Counted from the first letter of the stretch, positions 40,884-51,202 are shown. The stretch: 64,000 nt of DNA from Solirubrobacteraceae bacterium (GCA_030690545.1 JAUYGN010000079.1:39386-103385); one strand, 5' to 3'. Made by a program: numbers and translations. The notes: generated by a model not told the origin, from the sequence alone.

Positions 40884-41812
40884 CGCAGGCCCTTCGCGAT
40901 CGTCTCGGCGTTGGCGCGCAGCATCCCGACGTACGTCCCTTCGGGCGTCCCGGCATCGCCGGCCGCGTCGCTGAACAGCGATCCGCCGATGCGCACGTCG
41001 GCGCCGCGGCGGCGGGCGGCGGCGAGCACCGCGTCGATCGTCTGGCGCGGCACGCTGGACTCGATGAACGCCGCCTTCACGCGACGCGAGGCGATCACCT
41101 CGGCGACGCGGCGGACCGATGCCGTCGTCGCCTCGGTGACCGTCGAGATGCCCTGGATCGCCACGACGTCGACGTCGTAGCGCCGGCCGAAGTAGCCGAA
41201 CGCGTCATGCGACGTGACGAGCACACGGCGAGCGCGCGGGATCGTCGAGATCTGCGCGCGAACGTCGGTGTCGAGCGCGGAGAGCCGCTCGAGGTAGCGC
41301 GCGAGGTTGGCGTCGTAGACCGCGGCGTGAGTGGGGTCCTTCTCCTTCAGGGCGGCCGTCGCCGTGCGCGCGGCGATCCGCCACAGCCCGACGTCGAACC
41401 AGACGTGCGGGTCATGGTCGAAGGCGGTCCCCTGCGGCGGCGCCAGCAGCCGCTCGCGCGGGATGTCCCTGGTGATCGCAACGGTCGTCTGACGCTCGGC
41501 GAGCTCGTCGAGCAGGTCGGCCATCTTGCCCTCGAGGTTCAGGCCCCCGTAGACGATCAGGTCGGCGTCGCGCAGCTCGCCGACGTCACCGGCGCTGGCC
41601 TTGTAGAGGTGCGGGTCGACGCCCGCGCCCATCAGGCCCGTGACCTCGACGCGATCGCCGCCGAGCTCGCGCATCGTGTCGGTGATGAAGTTCGTCGTCG
41701 TCGTCACGCGCAGCTTGCGCTCGGCGAGATCGCCGGCGTCGTCCTGCGAGGAGCAGCCGGCCAGGCCGACGATCGCTGCAGCGAGCACAAGACGATAAAT
41801 CGTGCGAGGCAT
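40880..41812 (-). CDS. Mn/Zn ABC substrate-binding lipoprotein (TroA/MntA-like)
   Basis: LAGC lipobox, GVDPHLY, DPHVWFD, TSHDAFGYF, FSDA. Confidence 0.94.
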   Translation of the reverse strand: MPRTIYRLVLAAAIVGLAGCSSQDDAGDLAERKLRVTTTTNFITDTMRELGGDRVEVTGLMGAGVDPHLYKASAGDVGELRDADLIVYGGLNLEGKMADLLDELAERQTTVAITRDIPRERLLAPPQGTAFDHDPHVWFDVGLWRIAARTATAALKEKDPTHAAVYDANLARYLERLSALDTDVRAQISTIPRARRVLVTSHDAFGYFGRRYDVDVVAIQGISTVTEATTASVRRVAEVIASRRVKAAFIESSVPRQTIDAVLAAARRRGADVRIGGSLFSDAAGDAGTPEGTYVGMLRANAETIAKGLR

Positions 41813-41821
41813 ATCCGTAGT

Positions 41822-41835
41822 TTAGCCACAACTAA
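41822..41835. promoter_or_regulatory. DtxR/MntR-type operator TTAGCCACAACTAA overlapping the -10 of the Mn/Zn operon
   Basis: TTAG-N6-CTAA dyad; minus-strand TAAACT lies 6 nt before ATG 41812. Confidence 0.7.
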
Positions 41836-42013
41836 CTCTTGCCTGCGAACGGCCTCCACACGCACGCCGAAGTTGGCGCGTCCGGGCACGGCGAGCGCCG
41901 GCTTTCGATCGCCCGCGACAGCTCGCCGTGACGCCCGCGGCACGGAAAAGACCCCGCGCCGCCGGGGCAGCCGCTAGCGTAAGCGTCATCTGTACTCGAG
42001 ACGGGAGCACTCA

Positions 42014-42289
42014 ATGACCAAGCAGGAGCTCGCACAGAAGGTGGCCTCGGACACCGGTCTCAGCGGTTCTGACGCAAAGGGCGCGGTCGACGCCACCTTC
42101 GACGCGATCGCCGCAGAGCTCGCCGGAGGCGGCGAGGTTGCGGTCGCAGGCTTCGGCAAGTTCAGCGTGAGCGAGCGTTCCGCCCGCGAGGGCCGTAACC
42201 CGGCCACCGGGGAGCCGATCCAGATCGCAGCCAGCAAGGCCGCGAAGTTCTCGGCCGCGGCGGCGCTCAAGAAGTCGCTGAACGGCTGA
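42014..42289 (+). CDS. hup: DNA-binding protein HU
   Basis: MTKQEL...GFGKF...RSAREGRNPATGE.I.I. Confidence 0.96.
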   Translation: MTKQELAQKVASDTGLSGSDAKGAVDATFDAIAAELAGGGEVAVAGFGKFSVSERSAREGRNPATGEPIQIAASKAAKFSAAAALKKSLNG

Positions 42290-42406
42290 CCGCACCCGCG
42301 CGGCGCGGCGGCGCACGCCGCGCGGCCGACGTGTCGTCGACTTCCTCGACCTCGGTACGCCTTCGTGCGGCCCGGGGTCGTGCGTCGTCGTGCGCCGGCC
42401 GCGGGC

Positions 42407-43231
42407 TCACCATCCGGCGCTGGCGACCTCCGCGACGATCTTCGAGACCCGCCCGCCCTGCCAGGCCAGTGGCGAGGCGCCCGGCTCCTCGACGACGAGC
42501 CGCGCGCGCGGCAGCAGCTGCGCGTAGCGTTCGGCGACCGCCAGCGGGTGACCGGGATCGGCCTCGTCGCGCGATCCGACGACGACGGCCGGGCATTCGA
42601 TCCGCTCGAGCGCCCGCAGACCGCCGAAGGGAGCCGAGCGCGGCACACAGCGCAGCGCGTCGGCGACCGCCTCGAGATCCTCGTGCAGCGCCATCCGCTG
42701 GCGCAGCGCGCGCCCCACCGTCTCGCGCCATTGCGACGGGATCCGCTGCACCCCGAACTCCGCCGCGAACGCTTCGACCCCACCGTTGCGCAACGCGTCG
42801 CTGAGCGCGTCCCAGCGCGCCAGCCGCGCGGGCGCGTCGTGCTCGGCGGGATCGAACCCGGGCGTGATCGCGACGAGGCCCGCCACGCGCTCGGGCGCCT
42901 CCAGCGCCAGCCGCAGGCACGTGTGCGCGCCCATCGAGACCCCGGCGAACGTCGCGCGCTCGATCTCGAGCTCGTCGAGCAGCGCCACGAGATCGCCGAC
43001 GAGATCGCCGTAGCCGTAGCCGTCGGCCGCCGCCGGCGCCGAGGACGAGCCGTGCCCGCGCGCGTCGTAGGCGACGACACGATGGCCTGCGCGGGCCAGG
43101 CCGCTCGAGCCCATCACGACGTGGCGCCGCGCCGCCGTCAGCCCGTGCAGCAGGACGACCGGGGTCCCCTCGCCGTCGTCGGCCACGGCGAGCGTCACGC
43201 CTCCGGGCACCTCGATCGTGTACTGCGCCAT
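42407..43231 (-). CDS. Alpha/beta hydrolase
   Basis: LLHGL, YDARGHG, GVSMG. Confidence 0.9.
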   Translation of the reverse strand: MAQYTIEVPGGVTLAVADDGEGTPVVLLHGLTAARRHVVMGSSGLARAGHRVVAYDARGHGSSSAPAAADGYGYGDLVGDLVALLDELEIERATFAGVSMGAHTCLRLALEAPERVAGLVAITPGFDPAEHDAPARLARWDALSDALRNGGVEAFAAEFGVQRIPSQWRETVGRALRQRMALHEDLEAVADALRCVPRSAPFGGLRALERIECPAVVVGSRDEADPGHPLAVAERYAQLLPRARLVVEEPGASPLAWQGGRVSKIVAEVASAGW

Positions 43232-43307
43232 GCGACGAAGCCTCGCAGCCCGGCGCGCGGACCGGTTCGCCGAACGGTCCCGACGGCTTCTCTACCCTGT
43301 TGCGCGG

Positions 43308-44066
43308 ATGACCGTGATCGACGTCAGCGAAGCGCAGTTCGAGACCGAGGTGCTCGCGCGCTCGGCCGAGCTCCCGGTCGTCGTCGACTTCTGGGCGCCT
43401 TGGTGCGCGCCCTGCCGCCAGCTCGGCCCGCTGCTCGAACAGGCGGCCGGCGCCCGCGAGGGCAAGGTCGTGCTCGCGAAGATCGACACCGATCAGAACC
43501 CCGGCATCTCCCAGCGGTTCGGCATCCAGGGCATCCCGGCGGTCAAGGCCTTCGTCGACGGTGACGTCACCGCCGAGTTCGTCGGCGTCCTTGCGCCGGC
43601 GCAGGTCGAGGCCTTCTTCGACGAGCTGGCGCCGTCGGAGACCACGCTCCTGCTCGCGGCCGGCGACGCGGACTCGCTGCGCAGGGCGCTCGAGCTCGAG
43701 CCCACGAACGTCGAGGCGAACGTCCGGCTCGCCGAGCTGGAGTACCGCGACGGGGACAGCGACGGTGCGCTGGCGCGGCTGCGCGACGTCGCCGGCAGCT
43801 TCCGCGCCGACGGACTCGTGTCGCGGATCGAGCTCGAAGCAGCCAACGGCGCTCGCCCGCAGCTCGCCGAGGCCTTTGCCAAGCTCGACGCCGCAGACCA
43901 CCAGGCGGGCCTCGACGTGCTGCTCGGCGAGCTGGCGGCCGCGCAAGCCGACAGCGCGAACCGCGAGCGCCTGCGCAAGGTGATCGTCGCCGTCCTCGAC
44001 GAGCTCGGCGTCGATCACCCGATCGCGCGCGAGTCGCGCCGGCGGCTGGCGGCGGCGCTGTACTGA
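43308..44066 (+). CDS. Thioredoxin-TPR chaperedoxin (CnoX/YbbN family)
   Basis: VDFWAPWCAPC, IQGIPAV, C-terminal RRRLAAALY. Confidence 0.92.
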   Translation: MTVIDVSEAQFETEVLARSAELPVVVDFWAPWCAPCRQLGPLLEQAAGAREGKVVLAKIDTDQNPGISQRFGIQGIPAVKAFVDGDVTAEFVGVLAPAQVEAFFDELAPSETTLLLAAGDADSLRRALELEPTNVEANVRLAELEYRDGDSDGALARLRDVAGSFRADGLVSRIELEAANGARPQLAEAFAKLDAADHQAGLDVLLGELAAAQADSANRERLRKVIVAVLDELGVDHPIARESRRRLAAALY

Positions 44067-44090
44067 CCGCGTCGCCGCGCTGACCGGACG

Positions 44091-44900
44091 CTACGCCTGC
44101 GCGGCCGCCGCCGCATGCTCGCGCACGAGCTCGGCGCTGCGCTCGGGCTGCTCCCAGAAGAACATGTGGCCAGACCCCTCCAGCAGCTCCAGGCGAGCGC
44201 CGGGGATCAGCCGTGCGATCAGCTCGCCGTTGACGGATTCCATCAGCCGGTCCTCGGTGCCGTGGATCACGAGCGTCGGCGCGGTCACCTCCGCGAGCCG
44301 CCCGCTCGCGTCATGGCCCATGATCGCGCTGAGCTGCGCCATCAGCAGCGGGATCGGCGCCGGATACTGGGCGGCGACCTCGGAGTACAGCTCGTAGGCG
44401 CCTTCGCGCGCACCGTACTGCGGCGCGATCATCACCTCGTATCCGACCTTCATCGCCTGCTCGCGATCGCCCGACAGGACGGCCTCGGCGAGCATCCCGA
44501 CGACGCTCAGCTCGGTCATCTTCGCCTCCGGCCCGCCGGGGAAGGTGCAGCCGAGCGTCAGCGTGCGCACGCGGTCGGGTACGGACAGGACGAGCTCCTG
44601 GGCGACCATGCCGCCCATCGAGATCCCGACGACATGCGCGGCCGCGATCTCGAGCGCGTCGAGCAGCCCGATCGCGTCGCCGGCGAGATCGGCGATCGTG
44701 TGCTCGCCGTCGACCGGACCGCTGCGCCCCGCGCCGCGGTTGTCGAACAGGACCAGCTCGAAGTGGTCCTCGAGGCCGCCGAGAAAGCCGTCGCCCCAGT
44801 GCAGGCTGTTGCCGCCCAGGCCCTGGATCAGCAGCAGCGGATCGCCGGCGCCGCGGCGCTCGTAGTACAGGTCGGTTCCGTCGATCTCGATGTTCGGCAT
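44091..44900 (-). CDS. Alpha/beta hydrolase (paralog of 16413-17231)
   Basis: FDNRGAG, GISMGG, HGTED, GSGHMFFWEQP. Confidence 0.92.
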   Translation of the reverse strand: MPNIEIDGTDLYYERRGAGDPLLLIQGLGGNSLHWGDGFLGGLEDHFELVLFDNRGAGRSGPVDGEHTIADLAGDAIGLLDALEIAAAHVVGISMGGMVAQELVLSVPDRVRTLTLGCTFPGGPEAKMTELSVVGMLAEAVLSGDREQAMKVGYEVMIAPQYGAREGAYELYSEVAAQYPAPIPLLMAQLSAIMGHDASGRLAEVTAPTLVIHGTEDRLMESVNGELIARLIPGARLELLEGSGHMFFWEQPERSAELVREHAAAAAQA

Positions 44901-44910
44901 GTGCACAACG

Positions 44911-45966
44911 CTACAAGGGCAGCGCGAGCTGATCGTCGTCCGGCTGGGCAGCGCCGGCCTCGAACGCCGCGACGCGCACGCCCAGCAGCCGCACCGGCCG
45001 CGCCGGCGCATACTCGCGCAGCAGCCCGAGCGCGACCTCGCCGACGACCGCGGGGTCGTTCGTCGCGGCGGCGATCGTCCGCGCCCGCGTGACCGTCGTG
45101 AAGTCGTCCAGGCGCACCTTGATCGCGACGTTGCGCCCGCGCCGGTCCTGACGCGCGAGGCGCTCGCAGAGCTGGCCCGCCAGGTCTGACAGGATCGCCT
45201 CCAGGCGCGCGGCGTCGGCGATGTCGGCGTCGAAGGTCGTCTCGCGCGACTCCGAGACGGCCGTGCGGACCAGCGTCAGCTCCGCTGAGCCGCGAAAGCT
45301 CGCGCGGCGCTGCAGCTCGGGGCCGTGCCTTGCGCCGAACGCGGCGACGAGCGTGTCGACGGGCGTCGCCGCCAGCGCACGCAGCGTCGTGATGCCCAGC
45401 CGCTGCAGGCGGGCGACCGTCTTCGGACCGATGCCCGGCACCAGGCCCGGAGCGTGCTCGGCGAAGCGCGCGCAGGCCTGCTCGCGCGTGAGGACGACGA
45501 AGCCACGCGGCTTCTCGGCGTCGGAGGCGACCTTCGCGACGAGCCGGTTGGGACCGATCCCGATCGAGCAGTCCAGGCCCGTCGCGGCACGAACGTCGCC
45601 GACCAGCCGGCGCATCGCCGCGCGCGGCGCGACGAGGCCCTCGAGGTCGAGATAGGCCTCGTCGAGACCGACGACCTCGACGCGCTGGACCGCGCGGCGC
45701 ACGAGCGCCATGACGGCCTGCGACGCCTCGCGATAGGCGGCGAAGTCCGGCGCCACGAGCACCGCCTCGGGGCACAGGCGCCGCGCCCGCGCCGTCGGCA
45801 TCGCCGAGCCGATCCCGAAGCGGCGCGCCTCGTAGGAGGCCGTCGTGACGACCGCGCGCGGTCCGCTGCCCGACACGATCACCGGCAGGCCGCGCAGCTG
45901 CGGGCGGCGCTGCAGCTCGACGCTCGCGTAGAACGCGTCGACGTCGAGATGAGCGATCGCGGCCAT
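44911..45966 (-). CDS. dinB: DNA polymerase IV
   Basis: HLDVDAFYASVE, ASYEARRFG, LDEAYLD, AKVASD..KP.G, VRLLGV. Confidence 0.95.
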   Translation of the reverse strand: MAAIAHLDVDAFYASVELQRRPQLRGLPVIVSGSGPRAVVTTASYEARRFGIGSAMPTARARRLCPEAVLVAPDFAAYREASQAVMALVRRAVQRVEVVGLDEAYLDLEGLVAPRAAMRRLVGDVRAATGLDCSIGIGPNRLVAKVASDAEKPRGFVVLTREQACARFAEHAPGLVPGIGPKTVARLQRLGITTLRALAATPVDTLVAAFGARHGPELQRRASFRGSAELTLVRTAVSESRETTFDADIADAARLEAILSDLAGQLCERLARQDRRGRNVAIKVRLDDFTTVTRARTIAAATNDPAVVGEVALGLLREYAPARPVRLLGVRVAAFEAGAAQPDDDQLALPL

Positions 45967-46028
45967 CGCCGAAACAATGCCGGTCGCGCCGGACCGGAGC
46001 CGGCGCGCGAGCGTGGAACAATCCGCTG

Positions 46029-47486
46029 ATCGCCCACGGCCACCGCATCTCGGCGCTCGACGCGTCGTTCCTGAATCTCGAGAAGGCGGGCGCGCGGCTG
46101 CACGTCGCCTCGGTGACGGTCTTCGAGGGTCCCGCCCCGCGCTACGACGAGCTGCGCGTCCACATCGAGCAGCGCCTGCATCTCGTGCCGCGCTTTCGTC
46201 AGCGGCTGGCCGAGGTCCCGCTGCAGCAGGGTCGTCCCGTGTGGGTCGACGACCCGCATTTCAACCTGCGCTACCACCTGCGCCACGCCGGGCTGCCGGC
46301 GCCCGGCAGCGAAGAGCAGCTGAAGAGGCTCGCCGGCCGGCTGTTCGCACAGCGCCTGGACCGCACGAAGCCACTGTGGGAGCTGTGCCTCGTCGACGGG
46401 CTGCGCGACGGCGGCTTCGCGCTGATCGCCAAGAGCCATCACGCGCTCGTCGACGGGATCGAGGCCGTCGACATCACGACCGTGCTGTTCGACGGCGAGC
46501 CGGCGCCACCGACGCCGGCGCCGCCGCTGCAGCGCTGGACGCCGCGCCCGCTGCCGAGCTCCGCCCAGCTGCTGTCCGACGCGCTGGTGGAGCGCGTGAC
46601 ACGTCCGGTGGAGCTCGTCCGCGCCGTCGCCCGCGCCCCCCACCAGGCGCTCGAGACGACCCGCGACGCGCTCCGGGCCGTCGGCGCGCTCACGTTCGCC
46701 GGCCTCGGCCCGGCACCGCCGGCGCCGCTGAGCATCAAGGTCGGGCCGCATCGCCGCTACACCTGGGTCGATGCCGAGCTCGTCGAGCTGCAGCGCGTCA
46801 AGGACGCGCTCGGCGGCACCGTCAACGACGCCGTGCTCGCCGTCGTCGCGGGCGCGCTCGGGCGCTTCCTGCGCCATCGCGGGATCGACACCGGCGAGCT
46901 CGCGCTCAAGGCGCTCGTCCCGGTCTCCGTGGCCCGTCGCGCGGAGCCCGGCGAGGCGCTCGGCAACGAGATCGCGGCGACGTGGGTCTCGCTGCCCGTC
47001 GGCATCGAGGACCCCGTACGCCAGCACGCCGTGATCCGCGACGCGACGACCGACCTGCACGACGCCGGGCAGGCGGTCGGCGCACGCGCCCAGACCGAGC
47101 TCGCCGGCTTCGCCCCGCCGACGATCATGAGCCAGGCCGCCCGGCTGCAGCAGCGCCAGCGCACGTCGCAGCTCGTCGTGACGAACGTCCCCGGGCCGCA
47201 GCAGCCGCTGTACCTGCTCGGGCGCCGCCTGCGCGCGCTGTACCCCGTCGTGCCGCTCGCCGGGCGCCAGGCGCTCGGCATCGCCGTCACGAGCTATGAC
47301 GGCCGGCTCGGCTTCGGCCTGCTCGGCGACTACGACGCCATCGCCGACCTCGACGTCCTCGCCGGGCAGCTGCGCGCGTCGATCGACGCGCTCGGCGAGG
47401 GCGCGTCGGTCCCCCGCCGCGCCGCCCGCGGCCGGCGCTCGACGCGCAGCGCGCCACGACCGCCGACGACCGGTAGCGTGCGCTGA
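46029..47486 (+). CDS. Wax ester synthase/diacylglycerol acyltransferase
   Basis: RISALDASFL (upstream of the ORF-track start), LDRTKPLWE, HHALVDG, TVNDAV, TNVPGP; no canonical start codon before the conserved N-terminus. Confidence 0.88.
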   Translation: MAHGHRISALDASFLNLEKAGARLHVASVTVFEGPAPRYDELRVHIEQRLHLVPRFRQRLAEVPLQQGRPVWVDDPHFNLRYHLRHAGLPAPGSEEQLKRLAGRLFAQRLDRTKPLWELCLVDGLRDGGFALIAKSHHALVDGIEAVDITTVLFDGEPAPPTPAPPLQRWTPRPLPSSAQLLSDALVERVTRPVELVRAVARAPHQALETTRDALRAVGALTFAGLGPAPPAPLSIKVGPHRRYTWVDAELVELQRVKDALGGTVNDAVLAVVAGALGRFLRHRGIDTGELALKALVPVSVARRAEPGEALGNEIAATWVSLPVGIEDPVRQHAVIRDATTDLHDAGQAVGARAQTELAGFAPPTIMSQAARLQQRQRTSQLVVTNVPGPQQPLYLLGRRLRALYPVVPLAGRQALGIAVTSYDGRLGFGLLGDYDAIADLDVLAGQLRASIDALGEGASVPRRAARGRRSTRSAPRPPTTGSVR

Positions 47487-47899
47487 TGGGCGCCAAGGCG
47501 TTGCTCGCGCTGGGCACGGTGGTCATCGCGGTGATCGCGGTGGCCGCGATCGCCGCGTTCTTCGTCGCGCGCGACGAGCCGACCGTCCCGCCGACCGACG
47601 CCGCCCAGCCCGGCACCGCCCGGCCGGCCGGCGCGCTGCCGGCGGTCGCGCCCGGAAACGTCCTGCTGCTGCACGGCGACGAGCGCCTGACGCGTGACCT
47701 GCGCCAGCTCGCCGAGCGGATCGCGGGCGCCCCTGACCCGGCGCTGACGGCTGCCGGCCAGGCAGTGCTCGTGCAGCGGCGCGCCGACCAGTCGGCACCG
47801 GTCGTCGCGGTCACGACGACGCGTACGCTCACGGCGACGGGCGCCGACGATCCCGCGCTCGAAGCGTTCGTCGAGCACTGGCTCGGGCGCCAGCCGTGA
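47486..47899 (+). CDS. Membrane-anchored hypothetical protein
   Basis: N-terminal TM; coupled to both neighbours. Confidence 0.7.
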   Translation: MGAKALLALGTVVIAVIAVAAIAAFFVARDEPTVPPTDAAQPGTARPAGALPAVAPGNVLLLHGDERLTRDLRQLAERIAGAPDPALTAAGQAVLVQRRADQSAPVVAVTTTRTLTATGADDPALEAFVEHWLGRQP

Positions 47900-49632
47900 C
47901 GGCGGCCCTGCGGATCGCCCTCGTGCAGATGAACGCCGTCGTCGGTGACATCGCCGGCAACGAGCGCGCGATCTCCGCCGCGATCGAGCGCGCGCACGAC
48001 GCCGGCGCGCAGCTGGTCTGCTTCCCCGAGCTCGCGCTGACCGGCTACCCGCCCGAGGACCTGCTGCTCAAGGAGCACTTCCTTGCCGACGCTCGCGCCG
48101 CGCTCGAGCGGATCGCGTCGAGCACGACGCAGATCGTCGCCGTCGTCGGCTACCCGGAGCGCGCCGAGGACGTCCACAACGCTGCCGCGGTCCTCGCCGA
48201 CGGCGCCGTCCGCGCGACGTACCGCAAGCTGCATCTGCCCAACTACGGCGTCTTCGACGAGCTGCGCTACTTCCAGCCGGGCGAGCGCGGCGCGACGATC
48301 GAGGTCGACGGGGTCACCGTCGGACTGACGATCTGCGAGGACATCTGGCAGCCCGGGCCGCCGCTCTCCGACGAGGCGCTGTCCGGCGCGCGCGTGATCG
48401 TCAACCTCTCCGCGTCGCCCTACCACGCCGGAAAGGGCATCGCTCGCGAGCGGATGCTCCAGCAGCGCGCCCGCGACGAGCTGGCGGTCGTCGCCTACTG
48501 CGGCCTCGTCGGCGGCCAGGACGAGCTCGTCTTCGACGGCCACTCGCTCGTCGTCGACCACGACGGCACAGTGCTCGCGCGCGCCGCGCAGTTCGAGCAG
48601 GCGCTGCTCGTCGTCGACGTCGATCCGGTCACGGTCGGCTCGGCGCGGCTACGCGACACGCGCCGGCGCGCGCCCGCGGCCGCCGCCGACGACCGCGTCG
48701 ACCGGCTCGGCTCGTTCGCGGTCGGACGGCCCGACGGCAACGGCACGCCGCCGCCCACCGACCCACCGGTCGCGGAGCTGCTCGATCCCGTCGCGGAGGT
48801 CTACCGTGCGCTCGTCCTGGGGACGCACGACTACGCGCACAAGAACGGATTCGCGCACGTCGTGCTCGGCCTCAGCGGCGGGATCGACTCGACGCTCGTC
48901 GCGCTGATCGCCGTCGACGCGCTCGGCGCCGATGCCGTCACCTGCGTGACGATGCCCTCGCCGTACTCCTCGCAGGGCACGCGCGGCGACGCGCAGCGGC
49001 TCGCGACGAACCTCGGAGTACAGCTGCTGGAGCTGCCGATCGCGCCGCTGATGCGCGACTACGACGAGGCGCTCGGCGAGGTCTTCGCCGGCCACGAGCC
49101 CGATCTCACCGAGGAGAACCTGCAGGCCCGGATCCGCGGCAACCTGCTGATGGCGCTGTCGAACAAGTTCGGCTGGCTCGTCCTGACGACCGGCAACAAG
49201 TCCGAGATGTCGGTCGGCTACTCGACGCTCTACGGCGACAGCGCCGGCGGCTTCGCGGTCATCAAGGACGTCCCCAAGCAGCTCGTCTACCGCCTGGCCC
49301 GCCATCGCGACGAGCGCGCCGGCGACGACCTCGTGCCGGCCGAGCTGTTCACGCGCCCGCCGTCGGCCGAGCTACGGCCCGACCAGCGCGACGACGACTC
49401 GCTGCCGCCCTACGACGTGCTCGACGCGATCCTCGAGGGCTACGTCGAGCATGACCTCGGCCGCGAGCAGCTGATCGCCCGCGGCCTGCCGGCCGGCGAC
49501 GTCGAGCGCGTCATCGGCCTCGTCGACGTCGCCGAGTACAAGCGCCGCCAGCAGCCGCCCGGGATCAAGGTCACGACGCGGGCCTTCGGCCGCGACCGGC
49601 GCGTGCCGATCACCAACCGCTACCGCGGTTGA
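47896..49632 (+). CDS. nadE: Glutamine-dependent NAD+ synthetase
   Basis: FPELALTGYPPEDL, LPNYGVFDE, ICEDIW, GLSGGIDS, ENLQARIRG, TGNKSE. Confidence 0.97.
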   Translation: MTAALRIALVQMNAVVGDIAGNERAISAAIERAHDAGAQLVCFPELALTGYPPEDLLLKEHFLADARAALERIASSTTQIVAVVGYPERAEDVHNAAAVLADGAVRATYRKLHLPNYGVFDELRYFQPGERGATIEVDGVTVGLTICEDIWQPGPPLSDEALSGARVIVNLSASPYHAGKGIARERMLQQRARDELAVVAYCGLVGGQDELVFDGHSLVVDHDGTVLARAAQFEQALLVVDVDPVTVGSARLRDTRRRAPAAAADDRVDRLGSFAVGRPDGNGTPPPTDPPVAELLDPVAEVYRALVLGTHDYAHKNGFAHVVLGLSGGIDSTLVALIAVDALGADAVTCVTMPSPYSSQGTRGDAQRLATNLGVQLLELPIAPLMRDYDEALGEVFAGHEPDLTEENLQARIRGNLLMALSNKFGWLVLTTGNKSEMSVGYSTLYGDSAGGFAVIKDVPKQLVYRLARHRDERAGDDLVPAELFTRPPSAELRPDQRDDDSLPPYDVLDAILEGYVEHDLGREQLIARGLPAGDVERVIGLVDVAEYKRRQQPPGIKVTTRAFGRDRRVPITNRYRG

Positions 49633-49642
49633 GCGCGCGCGC

Positions 49643-50065
49643 TCAGGCCGTCGGCTCGCCGTCGGGCATCGGCCGCACGGCGATCGTCATCCGCGTCAGC
49701 GCGCAGATGCGACCGTCGTCGTCGGTGATCTCGACGTCCCAGACCCACGTCGTGCGACCGCGATGGCGGCGCAGCGCGCGCGCATGGATCGTGCCGCCGA
49801 TGATCGGCCGCAGGAACGACGTGCTGTTGGCCGAGCCCATCGCGGCGCAGCCCTCGGGCACGACGACGACCGCGGTGCCCAGCGAAGCGAGCGTCTCGGA
49901 GATCGACGTCAGGACGCCGCCGTGGACGAGGCCGAACGGCTGACGCAGCTCGTCGCGGACGATGACCTGCGCGCGCACGAGCTCGTCGGTCACCTCGAGC
50001 ACCTCGAGGCCGTAGAGGGCATCGAAGCCCTGGGGACGCTGGAACGCCGGATCGATGCTCGTCAC
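49643..50065 (-). CDS. PaaI family thioesterase
   Basis: QPFGLVHGG...ETLAS, HRGRTTWVW. Confidence 0.92.
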   Translation of the reverse strand: MTSIDPAFQRPQGFDALYGLEVLEVTDELVRAQVIVRDELRQPFGLVHGGVLTSISETLASLGTAVVVVPEGCAAMGSANSTSFLRPIIGGTIHARALRRHRGRTTWVWDVEITDDDGRICALTRMTIAVRPMPDGEPTA

Positions 50066-50181
50066 ACGCGAGACCCTAGTGGCCCTTCTCGGAAGGTTCG
50101 GCCGGAAACGCCGGGCGCCGGTGGCCGGCAGCGACCGACGAGCGGCGGTCTGCTCGCGGGGACGCTAGGGTTGCGCCCTGC

Positions 50182-51183
50182 ATGGCCTCCCTCGACAGCC
50201 TCAACGACGGGCAGCGCGCGATCCTCCAGCTGCTCCTGCGCCAGGGCAAGTCCTACGACGACCTCGCGGTCCTGCTGAAGTCCGATCTGTCCGTCCTGCG
50301 CGCCCGCGCCCGGACCGCGGTCGCCGCGGTCGGACCCGATGCGGGCAGCATCGGCGACGAGCGTCGCGACGAGATCGCCGACTACCTGCTCGGCCAGCAG
50401 ACCGCCTCGCGGCGGGCCGCGACGCGCGAGTACCTCGAGGCATCCCCTGCCGGGCGAGCATGGGCACGCGCGACCGCGACCGCGCTCGATCCGCTCGCCG
50501 ACGGCCAGCTGCCGGAGATTCCCGCCGAGCGCGAGGAGGTCGCCGAGGCATTCGACGCGCTCGACCGGCGCGCCGCGCGCGAGGTCGAGGTCAAGCGCAG
50601 CTCGCAGCTCGGCAACCGGCTGCTCGCGGCCGCGATCGGCGTCGTGCTGGCGATCGGCATCATCCTCGTCTTCGGACTCACCAGCGGCGACGACGACCCG
50701 CAGACCACGACGACGACGCCCGCCGGCCAGGCGACGACCCCGAGCGGCGACGCGTTCGAGGTCATCGCGCAGGGCAACCTCACCCCGCCGGAGGGCGACT
50801 CGGAGGCCAGAGGCGAGGTCGCGATCGTCCGCTTCCCCGAGAACGACCAGTTCCGCCTCGCGCTGCAGGCGATCAGCTTGCCGCCGAGCAGCACGCGCGG
50901 CTCCTCGTACGGCGTCTGGCTCTACACGTCGCAGACCGAGAACCGCTTCCTCGGCTTCCCGGACACGCTCGTCGGCTCCGACGGCAGGCTGGAGACGGTC
51001 AGCGACCTGACGCCCGACACGCCGACCTACGAGGAGGTCCTGCTGACCCGCGAGACGACCGAGAATCCCGAGCGTCCGGGCACGATCATCCTGCGCGGCA
51101 GGATGATCACGGCCGCGTCGCCGGGCACGGGTGGAGCGCAGGCGCCGACGCAGACCACCCCGCAGACGCAGACCACGCCGTAG
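50182..51183 (+). CDS. Single-pass membrane protein, anti-sigma-like architecture
   Basis: N-terminal HTH-like GKSYDDLA, ADYLLG segment, TM, Thr-rich linker, extracellular beta domain with YGVWL. Confidence 0.7.
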   Translation: MASLDSLNDGQRAILQLLLRQGKSYDDLAVLLKSDLSVLRARARTAVAAVGPDAGSIGDERRDEIADYLLGQQTASRRAATREYLEASPAGRAWARATATALDPLADGQLPEIPAEREEVAEAFDALDRRAAREVEVKRSSQLGNRLLAAAIGVVLAIGIILVFGLTSGDDDPQTTTTTPAGQATTPSGDAFEVIAQGNLTPPEGDSEARGEVAIVRFPENDQFRLALQAISLPPSSTRGSSYGVWLYTSQTENRFLGFPDTLVGSDGRLETVSDLTPDTPTYEEVLLTRETTENPERPGTIILRGRMITAASPGTGGAQAPTQTTPQTQTTP

Positions 51184-51202
51184 ACGCCGGGCGCGCCGGC
51201 GG

